Virus record (IMG/VR): IMGVR_UViG_3300020036_004192
Span: 1-64,000 of that record
From: a virus
Strand: one strand, 5' to 3'
DNA: 64,000 bases
Positions 19,367 through 28,202 of this stretch are shown one piece after another; position 1 is the stretch's first letter; each line of letters begins with the position of its first letter. The translations under genes and the position numbers were made by a program. The notes beneath the pieces are model-generated. The model saw only the letters and a program-made list of their open reading frames with translations. It did no database searches and was not told the origin of the DNA.

Positions 19367-19995
19367 TCAACCTGGAACCTTCGCATGAAAATTTAGATTT
19401 GGTTTTATTTAACATTGTAACAGTCCATTTGTTTTGGACCCATGATAGCCTGCAGAATGGATAGATCGCATAATGCTCATATAAGCTTATCATGGTCCAT
19501 TTGGGAGTTAAATACATTTGGTGGAGGTGTTCGCGTTCGAAGCGAAGTACACCGAACTAACATGTAGTATCATATGACTATTCCCACTTCAAGGTAGGTG
19601 GGTCACCTTTCACTGTCTTTCCAGCAGTCATAGATTACTTTACAGTTTAACCCTCTGTCCTGTCTCCCCAGGATGCCCACCCGTCTTTTCGGGTCGTCAG
19701 GCTAATTGGATAAAAAGGTTTAACCAACCCCCCCCGCTTACTAGACTAGTGAAAGCTCTAGAGCGTCAAGCTCAGCCCAAATTGCGGCTGAGCTCTTCGA
19801 TGCGATATTATCGACATCTATTTTTGTACTAGCCGTTTTACATCTCTGCCAGTTAAGATGAGTCAAACACTTACACACTAACTTTCGGTGGCGAAGCCAA
19901 CTCTCACCCCCTTGAAAGCTTGCTAAGGGTTGCTGATACACACAACAGTTACATTCGGCAAGCCTACTAACTGTTGCCAACCCTTACGAAGCTAG

Positions 19996-20069
19996 TGGCG
20001 TGGACAGGATTTGAACCTGCGACCTTCTGGTTATGAGCCAGACGAGCTACCAGACTGCTCTACCACGCT
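19996..20069 (-). tRNA. tRNA-Met (anticodon CAT; could instead be a lysidine-type Ile2), CCA not encoded
   Basis: Hand-folded cloverleaf: acceptor AGCGTGG/CCACGCC with an unpaired A1:C72, D-arm GAGC/GCTC, anticodon loop CTCATAA, T-arm GCAGG-TTCAAAT-CCTGT. Confidence 0.8.
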
Positions 20070-20105
20070 GATACCATCTTACACTATCAAACTTACTTTG
20101 TCAAG

Positions 20106-21107
20106 CTACTTGCCATTTACAATAACAGGGCTGCCTGAGCCGGGACTTGCAGAACCAACGCCACAGATGTTAACAACAGTTGCGCCAGTGTTCTTAATAG
20201 CATCGGAACAAGCCTGTGCAATCTTATAGCTAAGTAGTTCAGGCGTTAAGGACTGAGCTACACGCTTGTTAGAATCGGCCTGAGCCTGTGATGCAATAGC
20301 CAAAGCATCTGCTTCACCCTGCGCCCTTACGACGGCCTCTGCGGCAGTCTTTTCGGCAACCTGGCGCTTAGTTTCCGCTTCAGTAACAGACTTCTTCTGG
20401 ACTTCCGTGGCCTGGACAGCCTGATTGCGTGCAGATAGAATGGCATTAATATCTGTCAGCACACGAGCCTCTGGATTAACATCCCTGATTGTAACAGAAT
20501 CCAGAAGAATGCCTCTTGCGGCTAGACGTGGCCGGAGTCTCTTTTCAATTTCTAGAGAAATCTCTCCACGCTTATCACCGTACCCCTGTTCCGCTGTGTA
20601 CAGGGCAAACACGTCCCTTGTAACTGAGCGGGCGTCGGGGCGAATGAAACGGTCCTTGATTGCAGCCATAGACCCTGCGGTCTTATATAGTTCTCTGGCC
20701 TGCTTCTCATCGACTACATATCGGACAGTCTCATCTACACTCATTGAGCCGCCACCTTTGGCGATGATGGAGATACTGTCATCCTTTGCCGCATCGCCTT
20801 CATCTTTAGCCTTAAGCATTGAAAGTTCTTCAACTGTGGTCTTTAAGGTTTCAATCTTAGTCCAAGGTAATTCTAGGTGGATACCTGAACCCAACGCAGG
20901 TCCGATATGGCCCATAGAAACGGGGACACCAACATGGTTAGCCGGGACCACTCTGAACATTGAGAGAAGAAGGAACAGCACGGTTAGTCCGCCTGCAACT
21001 CCTATCCCTGTTTTTACGCCGACGCTTTCGTCGCCAGCCACTTTCTTGTAGATGATGAGACCTAAAAATGCAATTAGGCATGTTAGAGCAATAATAAACT
21101 TGATCAA
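20106..21107 (-). CDS. SPFH/band-7 (stomatin/prohibitin/HflK-C-like) membrane protein
   Basis: N-terminal TM IIALTCLIAFLGLIIY, then an SPFH core, then an Ala-rich coiled coil (AEAETKRQVAEKTAAEAVVRAQGEADALAIASQAQ) as in HflK/C. Confidence 0.75.
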   Translation of the reverse strand: MIKFIIALTCLIAFLGLIIYKKVAGDESVGVKTGIGVAGGLTVLFLLLSMFRVVPANHVGVPVSMGHIGPALGSGIHLELPWTKIETLKTTVEELSMLKAKDEGDAAKDDSISIIAKGGGSMSVDETVRYVVDEKQARELYKTAGSMAAIKDRFIRPDARSVTRDVFALYTAEQGYGDKRGEISLEIEKRLRPRLAARGILLDSVTIRDVNPEARVLTDINAILSARNQAVQATEVQKKSVTEAETKRQVAEKTAAEAVVRAQGEADALAIASQAQADSNKRVAQSLTPELLSYKIAQACSDAIKNTGATVVNICGVGSASPGSGSPVIVNGK

Positions 21108-21124
21108 TTAAACTTCTTTCTTAG

Positions 21125-21194
21125 TAAAGTGAAACAAAAATCCAATTGTTGGGATAATATGTTTGTATTGCAGCATGTATCCCAACAATTGGAT
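21125..21194 (-). terminator. Intrinsic terminator on the - strand: 17-bp perfect inverted repeat plus T-run
   Basis: Arms ATCCAATTGTTGGGATA (21140-21156) and TATCCCAACAATTGGAT (21178-21194) with a 21-nt spacer. On the - strand the stem is followed by TTTTTGTTT. Confidence 0.6.
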
Positions 21195-21392
21195 TGAGAT
21201 AAGACTTTCAGGTTTAAATGGGCAACCCTGCTTTATCCACGTCCAATGGACATCCGCCTTGCCCCAAGTAGATGATAAGCCTTTTACAACGAAACGCATA
21301 TCCTATAGGAAATACAAGATGAGCACAAAAGCTATTACTAACTCTATAACGAGGCAGATTAGAAATGCTTTTGTACTCATCCTTGCACCTAG

Positions 21393-21590
21393 TTACGCAG
21401 CGGCCTTGACTGCCCGAGTAGACGACAGTCCAAGCTGTGTTGACCACAGCCGGGTAATGAGGCCACCACGAGCAGTAGTATTGCCGTAGTCCTCACGCTC
21501 GATAACCATCTTCGAACGGTCACCACGCAGCCACTGATTGTACTGACGCTGTAGGGTACGCTTGTTAACACGAATAGTGTTTCTTGCCAT
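21393..21590 (-). CDS. Hypothetical small basic protein (66 aa)
   Basis: AGGAGA RBS 7 nt before the ATG (MARNTIRVNK...). The ORF track extends it to 21629, but the internal ATG with an SD is preferred. Confidence 0.45.
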   Translation of the reverse strand: MARNTIRVNKRTLQRQYNQWLRGDRSKMVIEREDYGNTTARGGLITRLWSTQLGLSSTRAVKAAA

Positions 21591-21802
21591 TGTTTGTTTC
21601 TCCTGTTGTTTAGCTTGTGTTTCAGCCAACGGTTGTTGGCAGCCGAGTGTGCAAGGATCGAACTTGCATTTCGTAAGAATCTTAGTGGAAATGTTTGGAG
21701 TTACTTTTTGGGAAAGTATTTGATTCTAGTTGCGTAATACCTTTTATACTAACACTCGTATAGGCACTGGACTTTGAGTTCCAGAGCCTTAGTATATACT
21801 AT

Positions 21803-22141
21803 CTAAGTCCGATTGTCAACCCCTACAAATGGGAGTTCGTGAGCTACGACGAATGCATCTAATTGAGTGCGCCCCATCGCCCCGGATACTCTATTAACTT
21901 CCCAACCATCCTTAAATAGAAGAAGAGTTGGCATGCTTTGCACCCCTAAGTCTTCAACGAGAATGCGATTTTCGTCAACGTCGACTTTGGCTACGATGAT
22001 ATCTTGATTATCGCTAGCGAAGTCTTCTAGTATTGGTTCCATCATCCTGCATGGGCCGCACCAGTCAGCATAGAAATCAACTAGCACCAGGTTGTTCGCT
22101 GCAATTGTTTCGTAGAAATCTGCATCTGTTAAGTAAATCAT
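21803..22141 (-). CDS. trx: Thioredoxin
   Basis: WCGPC active site (LVDFYADWCGPCRMMEPIL) and the typical ~110-aa length. Confidence 0.9.
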   Translation of the reverse strand: MIYLTDADFYETIAANNLVLVDFYADWCGPCRMMEPILEDFASDNQDIIVAKVDVDENRILVEDLGVQSMPTLLLFKDGWEVNRVSGAMGRTQLDAFVVAHELPFVGVDNRT

Positions 22142-22293
22142 ATGTAATCATCATCCTCATGGCAAGATTCACAATCGAATGGACAGTAATCTTCATTGCG
22201 AATAGCTTGTACTAGGGCGGCTGCTGTGGGGTGTCGATGCAGGCTGCTACTACTCGCCCATTCTTGTAAATAGATATCCCATCTGACTCCCAC

Positions 22294-22842
22294 TTAGCGG
22301 TCATCGCCACTCCCTTGTATTGCTCCACGTTCTTTGCGTGAGGCAAGTTTGCTAAGATTAGCTTCTGCTATTTCACCCAATGATAGACCTAATTCACAAG
22401 CTAAGGCTGCGCAATACCACAATATATCTCCTAGCTCTTTGGCTATAGCTGTCTTTTTCTCGTCTGTTAAGACGCTATTGTCGTCCCGAATGATCTTTTT
22501 TACTTTACCCTGAACTTCGCCCGCTTCACCTAATCCTAGAGCAGTATAGTACAAACCGAGCGTGCTGCCTTTGCCGGGGTAAACTGCGGTGTCCTGAGTC
22601 CTGCGTTGATACTCGTCTAGTGTTAGTCTATCCGATGTTGGATTTTCTCCAATTAGCTTTGCCTGGTCAATTAGCTTTCTTGTAAAATCTTGTATAGATT
22701 CATTTAAATCTGGTTCTGTCATATCTACCTTTTCAGAGGTTGTTACGGTGCCACCCGTTGTGGCCCATATTGATTGGATGAACTGGTTGGCTCGTTCAAT
22801 TTCTGCCTTTGCAGTTCTAAACTTTCTATCTTGGAAACCCAT
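22294..22842 (-). CDS. mazG: MazG-like nucleoside triphosphate pyrophosphohydrolase
   Basis: EAGEVQGKVKK...ELGDILWYCAALACELGLSLGEIAEANLSKLASRKERG matches MazG/EEXXE-type motifs. Confidence 0.75.
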   Translation of the reverse strand: MGFQDRKFRTAKAEIERANQFIQSIWATTGGTVTTSEKVDMTEPDLNESIQDFTRKLIDQAKLIGENPTSDRLTLDEYQRRTQDTAVYPGKGSTLGLYYTALGLGEAGEVQGKVKKIIRDDNSVLTDEKKTAIAKELGDILWYCAALACELGLSLGEIAEANLSKLASRKERGAIQGSGDDR

Positions 22843-22849
22843 TTATCTC

Positions 22850-24865
22850 CTAAGGAATTTCACAATGGTCAGTGTTACAGAAACGCTCACCCTGTGCTTC
22901 ATTTAACTTTGACTTATAGAACTTAATAAGCTTCTTGCCCGATTGCGCAGCAAGCACCTCAGCCTCCGTAGAAGGCTCTAGAGGGGCCTGTACGTAGCTT
23001 GTACCCTCTTTGCTGATAGGAAGGAAGGAAACGCTCTTAAGGCTGCCCTGGAACGATCTGAGAAGAGGCGCAATCTGATCGGCCTCGGTATCCTTATCGA
23101 AGGATACGGTGACTGAAATCATATTATCTGACCAATACTTCTGTCCCATCGCAGCCAAGTGTGCTTTCTCCCAGATAGAAACTTCACGTTCACTTCTAAC
23201 ATTTAACCCTGTTACGGGGAACTCGACAACTACAGTTGAAGTAGGGTCATCTACGCTTGGTTCAATGGGGTATCCGGCATCTTCAAGAATTTGCACCATC
23301 GGATCGACCTTATGAAATCTCATTCGTCTTGTGAAGAAACCTGAGGTTGTAGGCCAGTGAAAACCTGAGGTAGTAGAAGCAATCAATGAAGTGCTTCCAG
23401 CAGGCTTACCTGTGGAAAGTCGAATAGACTCCCTGACCCCCAGCCAAGCCGAATACTTTTTATCCAAACCTCTTAGGTAATCGTATCCTTTGTCCATCCA
23501 TTCTTGCATTTCAAACCATGAACGGTTTTCGATGAAGTCTACAACACCCGTTATTGATACACCGATTCGTCGGTTGCGTGTGATAACTTCGTTTGTTTCA
23601 CCCCAAGGTGATGTTAGAAGAACCACGGCCTTAGCGTACATGTACGCATGCTTCATTGACGCTTTAAAGTCTTCAAGCGAGTCATGGTGTGCAGGATAAA
23701 GTTCTGATAGGCAGCATAGCTCTGATGATTCTAATGGAATCTCTGCACAAGGGTTTGTAAGATTTGCTTTGTCCTTGAAGTCAGCGGGATCTTTTAGTCT
23801 ACCATAGTTTGCCATGGTGTCAACCCAAATAATGCCTGGTTCTCCATTTACCGCAATCTTATCAACTAGATGATCTAGGTTATCTCCGTTGCGAGCAATG
23901 ATGGAGTTATTTGAAGTCCATGCCCATCCATCTTCTCCGGTTCGTTCTTTGTTTTCTTCTAGTTCCCAGTTCTTTAAGTTAACATAATCGTCGTCACTTG
24001 CATCACCTAGGCTTAGTAGCGCACTTCTTCGTGCCCCACCGGCCACAACGGCTTTACCAATCTTGTTCATAATGTCAACGATGTCACGTGAGGTAATTAG
24101 TTTACCTTCACGGTTAGATAACTGGGACACTAATGTTTCGTGCAGGGTCTTTAGTGGCCCTGGACCTGAGGCGTTCCCACCGAACCTCTTTAGTGGGGCA
24201 CCTGCTGGTCTAATCTGTGAATAATCAAAGATAACAGTGGGACGGTTCTTAAAGAAGAATGATTCCAGAAGAATACCTACAGATTTTGCCCATTCTTCTC
24301 TAGTGTCACCGATTACATATTCGATAGTTTCTTCTGTAGGGTTATGTAAGGTGAGATTGCCTGCGCCCCGAGTGTCAAACCCAACGCCTTCACCACGCAT
24401 TGACATTTCCATTAGTCTAACAAATGGGAAAGTTGCTTCATATGCCGAGTGGTGTGAAATCTTTTCAGTCGTAACGGCAGCGCAATTGATCAGGGTTGAA
24501 ATATCCCCTTCTTCATGAACCATCTCTGTCCCCATGTTAGCCATGCCCCTACCGGGCGGCGTCCATTTGAATGCAAACATTCTAGCGTAAGCATCTTCTG
24601 CCGACTTCTGCGCCTTGAACTCATTCCAAGGTGTCTTGTTGCGCTTGCAGTTATCCTTTAAGATGGAATAGTAGCCCTCAATACATCTACGACATGTTTC
24701 ATACCATTGTTCTTTTGTCCCGTCAGCCTTTTTGCGGCTATACTTTGAGACGAAGACTAGTTCTGATAGGTAGTTCCCACCACCTATGTCTAATCCCCAG
24801 TTGGGACGAACTTTTTTGTAAGTGTTTACGAACTCATCGGACAGTTTGAATGTTAAAAACTCCAC
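22850..24865 (-). CDS. nrdJ: Ribonucleotide reductase, class II (B12-dependent, NrdJ-like)
   Basis: NPCAEIPLES active-site loop with Cys, the GGARRS region, large size (671 aa), and adjacency to thioredoxin. Confidence 0.7.
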   Translation of the reverse strand: MEFLTFKLSDEFVNTYKKVRPNWGLDIGGGNYLSELVFVSKYSRKKADGTKEQWYETCRRCIEGYYSILKDNCKRNKTPWNEFKAQKSAEDAYARMFAFKWTPPGRGMANMGTEMVHEEGDISTLINCAAVTTEKISHHSAYEATFPFVRLMEMSMRGEGVGFDTRGAGNLTLHNPTEETIEYVIGDTREEWAKSVGILLESFFFKNRPTVIFDYSQIRPAGAPLKRFGGNASGPGPLKTLHETLVSQLSNREGKLITSRDIVDIMNKIGKAVVAGGARRSALLSLGDASDDDYVNLKNWELEENKERTGEDGWAWTSNNSIIARNGDNLDHLVDKIAVNGEPGIIWVDTMANYGRLKDPADFKDKANLTNPCAEIPLESSELCCLSELYPAHHDSLEDFKASMKHAYMYAKAVVLLTSPWGETNEVITRNRRIGVSITGVVDFIENRSWFEMQEWMDKGYDYLRGLDKKYSAWLGVRESIRLSTGKPAGSTSLIASTTSGFHWPTTSGFFTRRMRFHKVDPMVQILEDAGYPIEPSVDDPTSTVVVEFPVTGLNVRSEREVSIWEKAHLAAMGQKYWSDNMISVTVSFDKDTEADQIAPLLRSFQGSLKSVSFLPISKEGTSYVQAPLEPSTEAEVLAAQSGKKLIKFYKSKLNEAQGERFCNTDHCEIP

Positions 24866-24978
24866 AGTACCCTTTCAGATAGATAGCTCTAGCTTTTTTT
24901 AAGCTAACTTTTAGACTACTATCCTCGGAGTATAACACTCAGCTATTAAACTTATTCCGAAAGTTCCAGAATCCAAGT

Positions 24979-25284
24979 TTATGGTCTGGCGGGTTCTGGT
25001 GAATCAGCGATACTCAGTGCCTCAAGTCTAGGCGCTCTAATGCGGCCAGGCGTAGCCCGGTTGCTAGTGGTTACGAATCCCCTGTCAGTGTACATATCTC
25101 TCAGGAACATATTCACAGACTCGTAGGCCATATCAAATCGCATATGTCTAGCCCTTAAGGTGACGGTATCATTGTTGGGCATTTTCAGCACAATAGTTTG
25201 TGCAGCCCGCCAATCAAGCATTTTAAGAAACTGCATCACATCGTTAGGGTGATCAGTTGTTTCTACTGTTATTGTAAATTTCAT
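24979..25284 (-). CDS. Hypothetical protein (101 aa)
   Basis: Tiled ORF. Confidence 0.45.
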   Translation of the reverse strand: MKFTITVETTDHPNDVMQFLKMLDWRAAQTIVLKMPNNDTVTLRARHMRFDMAYESVNMFLRDMYTDRGFVTTSNRATPGRIRAPRLEALSIADSPEPARP

Positions 25285-25488
25285 TTATACCTCAGATTTG
25301 TATCGCATAATAAGATCCCAAAGGTTGCAGTTGGGGCAAGCATCTCCGAGACTTCCGAGAAGCCCGCACATTCCCCGAATGGGGCCTTCCGAACATGGAC
25401 CTATTTCTAATCCAGGTCGTAGTACCGCATCGAGGATACCTTGTTCTAAATTGTAGAGGCTCATGCAGGCTGCCTTTGTGGCCGCCAC
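25285..25488 (-). CDS. Hypothetical Cys-containing protein (67 aa)
   Basis: Stop abuts the next start; the alternative overlapping frame (25292..25504) is Arg-rich and looks like junk. Confidence 0.4.
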   Translation of the reverse strand: MAATKAACMSLYNLEQGILDAVLRPGLEIGPCSEGPIRGMCGLLGSLGDACPNCNLWDLIMRYKSEV

Positions 25489-25560
25489 TTACGTAGCCAT
25501 TCACAGATTAAGTCCCATAAGGTTTTATTCTTCATTTTCAAATTTCCTTTTATGTTATAA

Positions 25561-25596
25561 TGGCGGGGCGAGAACGATTCGAACATTCATCGCCCC
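25561..25596 (-). ncRNA. tRNA-like minihelix (acceptor stem plus T-arm only) with discriminator G and encoded CCA
   Basis: - strand sequence GGGGCGA-t-GAATG-TTCGAAT-CGTTC-TCGCCCC-G-CCA: a perfect 7-bp acceptor stem, 5-bp T-stem and consensus T-loop. Sits in a divergent intergenic region. Confidence 0.45.
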
Positions 25597-25682
25597 ATGG
25601 GAATAGTATACACGAATAATGGGTTGAAGTCAAGGCTTCACTAGTCGAAGTAAATCCTACAATCTACATTAAGGATAAATGA

Positions 25683-26507
25683 ATGACAACACACGCAGTT
25701 ATACCCGACCTGCAAGTAAAACCGGGTGATCCATTGGATCATTTAACTTGGATATCCAAGTATCTACTAGAACGTAGACCAGATGTTATCGTGAATTTAG
25801 GTGACACATACGATATGGAATCGTTATGTAGCTTCGATCGTGGTAAGATTCAGTTTGAAGGTCGCCGTTATAAGGAGGATATTGAAGCAGGAAACAATGC
25901 GTTTCGACTGCTCGACGCCAGTACCGACCTTTTTAATAAGGGGCGTCGTAAGCGTAGACAGGAAGAATATAAGCCACGTAAGATTTTCTTGTTAGGGAAT
26001 CATGAGCAACGTATCGAACGTTGTATTCAAGACAACCCCATCCTTGATGGCACTATTGGTTATCAGGATTTAAATACACGTGGTTGGGAAGTGTTTGATT
26101 ATCTTGAACCTGTAGATGTTGACGGTGTAATCTATGCCCATTTTTTCCCGAACCCCATGACGGGGAAACCTTTAGGTGGTGTTGTTTCTACAAGACTAAA
26201 AACGATTGGTCATTCTTTTAGCATGGGGCATCAGCAGATTCTAGACTATTCCATGCGTTATGTCCGTGGGCAGTCCCAGCATGGGTTAGTAGCAGGAGCC
26301 GCCTATCTCGCATCAGAGGGTTACAAAGGTTACATCGGTAACCAGCATTGGCGTGGAATCATCATTAAAAATCACGTTGAAAATGGTAGTTATGATCTTT
26401 CCTTGGTGAGTTTAGATTCTCTATGTAGAAAATATGAGGGAGTGCCTGTTGGTGACTTTATGGAAGAAAAGTATCCAGAAGTTCAACCCTGGTGGCCCAC
26501 TAAATAA
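25683..26507 (+). CDS. Calcineurin-like metallophosphoesterase (PPP-family Ser/Thr phosphatase, lambda-PPase-like)
   Basis: VNLGDTYD (GDxxD), LLGNHE (GNHE) and a later GH motif. Confidence 0.7.
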   Translation: MTTHAVIPDLQVKPGDPLDHLTWISKYLLERRPDVIVNLGDTYDMESLCSFDRGKIQFEGRRYKEDIEAGNNAFRLLDASTDLFNKGRRKRRQEEYKPRKIFLLGNHEQRIERCIQDNPILDGTIGYQDLNTRGWEVFDYLEPVDVDGVIYAHFFPNPMTGKPLGGVVSTRLKTIGHSFSMGHQQILDYSMRYVRGQSQHGLVAGAAYLASEGYKGYIGNQHWRGIIIKNHVENGSYDLSLVSLDSLCRKYEGVPVGDFMEEKYPEVQPWWPTK

Positions 26508-26557
26508 GACAGAAATCTATACCTTATTCTCATTTATCACGACCCGATAATTCATAT

Positions 26558-26815
26558 ATGAGGTTCCGTATGGTAGATGAAGATTACCCAGATGACCAAG
26601 ATTTGCCGCCAGACCCGTCATTTAGCATTGTGATACGTTGGGATGCTTTAGACGGGTCTTTGCAGGTAGATATTAGGGGGGTCTCTATTATAGAGGCAGC
26701 TTCTATTCTACGTAAAGCAGAAGAGTCAGTGTATGACATGATTGAAGAGCCTGAAATTTTAACTGACGACCCGGCTGTCTGTTTTTTGTTAGATGGCTTT
26801 GACGAAGAAGATTAA
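26558..26815 (+). CDS. Hypothetical acidic protein (85 aa)
   Basis: ORF track; convergent with the - strand block. Confidence 0.4.
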   Translation: MRFRMVDEDYPDDQDLPPDPSFSIVIRWDALDGSLQVDIRGVSIIEAASILRKAEESVYDMIEEPEILTDDPAVCFLLDGFDEED

Positions 26816-27060
26816 CGCCCACACGTTTTACATACTTTACGTTTAGGTGGGCACCAGTACGCTAGGAAGTCTTTAAATCTACGAAAATTGTCTTCGCTAG
26901 ATACAGGTTTAAAATCTTCTAATTTCCAGGAAGAATTATTTAATCGTTTGACTTCACCAGTAATTCTGTCCGTAGCTTCAATCCAACTACCTGTGTAGCT
27001 TCGTGGAGTAACGTATTCTAAGTTGTAGTAGCGTCTATTTTTATGTTTGTAAATAGCCAT
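26812..27060 (-). CDS. Hypothetical protein (ends CKTCGR; start possibly 27144)
   Basis: An internal Met at 27060 gives a non-overlapping tiling. Confidence 0.35.
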   Translation of the reverse strand: MAIYKHKNRRYYNLEYVTPRSYTGSWIEATDRITGEVKRLNNSSWKLEDFKPVSSEDNFRRFKDFLAYWCPPKRKVCKTCGR

Positions 27061-27070
27061 ATTCAAGCAC

Positions 27071-27253
27071 TTACGTCTGATTCCCGTATAAGGTAACGAA
27101 TTTAGTTCTCTTACCTTTTCTGTATTCAATAGTGGTGAACCCATGAACTATGCGATTTAGGGCATCTATGCTAGATCCTTCTAAACTTTTAACCTCTTCA
27201 ATGCTGGGAGGGGTAAAAGTTCGATGCACTTCAGTCCAATTTCTCAACAACAT
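27071..27253 (-). CDS. Hypothetical protein (60 aa)
   Basis: Tiled ORF. Confidence 0.35.
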   Translation of the reverse strand: MLLRNWTEVHRTFTPPSIEEVKSLEGSSIDALNRIVHGFTTIEYRKGKRTKFVTLYGNQT

Positions 27254-27419
27254 TTATGCGCTCCACCGTAAGGTTTACATAATAGTGAAAGTCATCGTGC
27301 ATATCAGTATCTAAAACCACTGAACCGCAATCCTGACATTTCGTTAAAGTTACAGAGGCAAGTAGCTCTTGTCTAACACGAACACTAACTTCCTCATATG
27401 TTGCCATGTGATTCCTCAA
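27231..27419 (-). CDS. Hypothetical Cys-containing protein (62 aa)
   Basis: Tiled ORF (TKCQDCGS). Confidence 0.35.
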   Translation of the reverse strand: MRNHMATYEEVSVRVRQELLASVTLTKCQDCGSVVLDTDMHDDFHYYVNLTVERINVVEKLD

Positions 27420-27582
27420 ATCTTATAGCTGCCTGCTGAATATCTAACAGATAGTTCATGCATTCATCAGCAGAGAATAGTTCCCGACCTGGGATAATCT
27501 TTAACCATTCATGGATTATATTAAGGAATTCTGGAAGCTCCGAGCTTTTGGTTTCTGTCTGTTCTAATGTATCAGTAGTCAT
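27394..27582 (-). CDS. Hypothetical protein (62 aa)
   Basis: Tiled ORF. Confidence 0.35.
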   Translation of the reverse strand: MTTDTLEQTETKSSELPEFLNIIHEWLKIIPGRELFSADECMNYLLDIQQAAIRFEESHGNI

Positions 27583-27775
27583 GGTACCCTAATCTATGCT
27601 GTCTAGCGCATCCAGCTATACTTACAGCCGAAACGTCACAATCAGGGTACAGACGGCGGCCGCAGTCCACGCAAGCTATATCAGCGTCATCAAAAACTAC
27701 ATGTCTAGATACATAGGCTACTGCATCTCTCATCTCTTGAATATAATCCATTGTTACCCTGTTTACATTAATCAA
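27572..27775 (-). CDS. Hypothetical Cys-rich protein (67 aa)
   Basis: Tiled ORF with CVDCGRRLYPDCD. Confidence 0.35.
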   Translation of the reverse strand: MINVNRVTMDYIQEMRDAVAYVSRHVVFDDADIACVDCGRRLYPDCDVSAVSIAGCARQHRLGYHDY

Positions 27776-28202
27776 TTAAACTCCATAGTTTCTCATCTGC
27801 AGCAAACCCGTCATCATCTGTTTCAGTAACAGCTTCCATATGTTCTCTAATGGCTGCCTCTAGCCGTGAGTCTTTATCAAACGCTTTCACTAGGCGCTTA
27901 ACCTCAACAAGCTTACGGTCAACACCGTTCTTAAACTTCACGGCATTATGTTTCCATTTTGCATTAGAAGCCAGGAAACTTTGCCACCCTATCTCGTCAC
28001 TTGTTTGCAGATAGTTGGCCCGGTTTTCAGCGACCTCTATTTTGTTGGCAGTCAACTGTAAGTCTACATCATGTTTGAGTTTCAGTAACGTATCATAGAA
28101 TCTATAAACATTATCTGATTGACGTAGCCAGTCAGAGGTAGGTTCATCTAACGTACCTCTGATGTCGGCGTTAACCAAGGATGTGAATTCTTCGTTATCC
28201 AT
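27768..28202 (-). CDS. Hypothetical protein (144 aa)
   Basis: Tiled ORF. Confidence 0.5.
   Translation of the reverse strand: MDNEEFTSLVNADIRGTLDEPTSDWLRQSDNVYRFYDTLLKLKHDVDLQLTANKIEVAENRANYLQTSDEIGWQSFLASNAKWKHNAVKFKNGVDRKLVEVKRLVKAFDKDSRLEAAIREHMEAVTETDDDGFAADEKLWSLID

Noticed and set aside
20011-20229. + strand ORF (72 aa) from the six-frame track
   Set aside because: It overlaps the tRNA-Met gene and the 3' end of the SPFH gene on the opposite strand, and its amino-acid composition is low complexity.
20425-21051. + strand ORF (208 aa) antisense to the SPFH gene
   Set aside because: It lies entirely inside a well-supported - strand gene. Its Ser/Arg-rich composition is typical of antisense frames. 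Similar antisense ORFs (11279..11761 in recA, 6403..6885 in dnaE, 37709..38311, 63003..63560) were rejected for the same reason.
19380-21800. Searched for a tmRNA and for an integrase/attP next to tRNA-Met
   Set aside because: No tag-peptide reading frame ending in ...AA-stop with a tRNA-Ala-like acceptor was found, and no tyrosine or serine recombinase is present in the window. Only isolated T-arm-like hairpins turned up.
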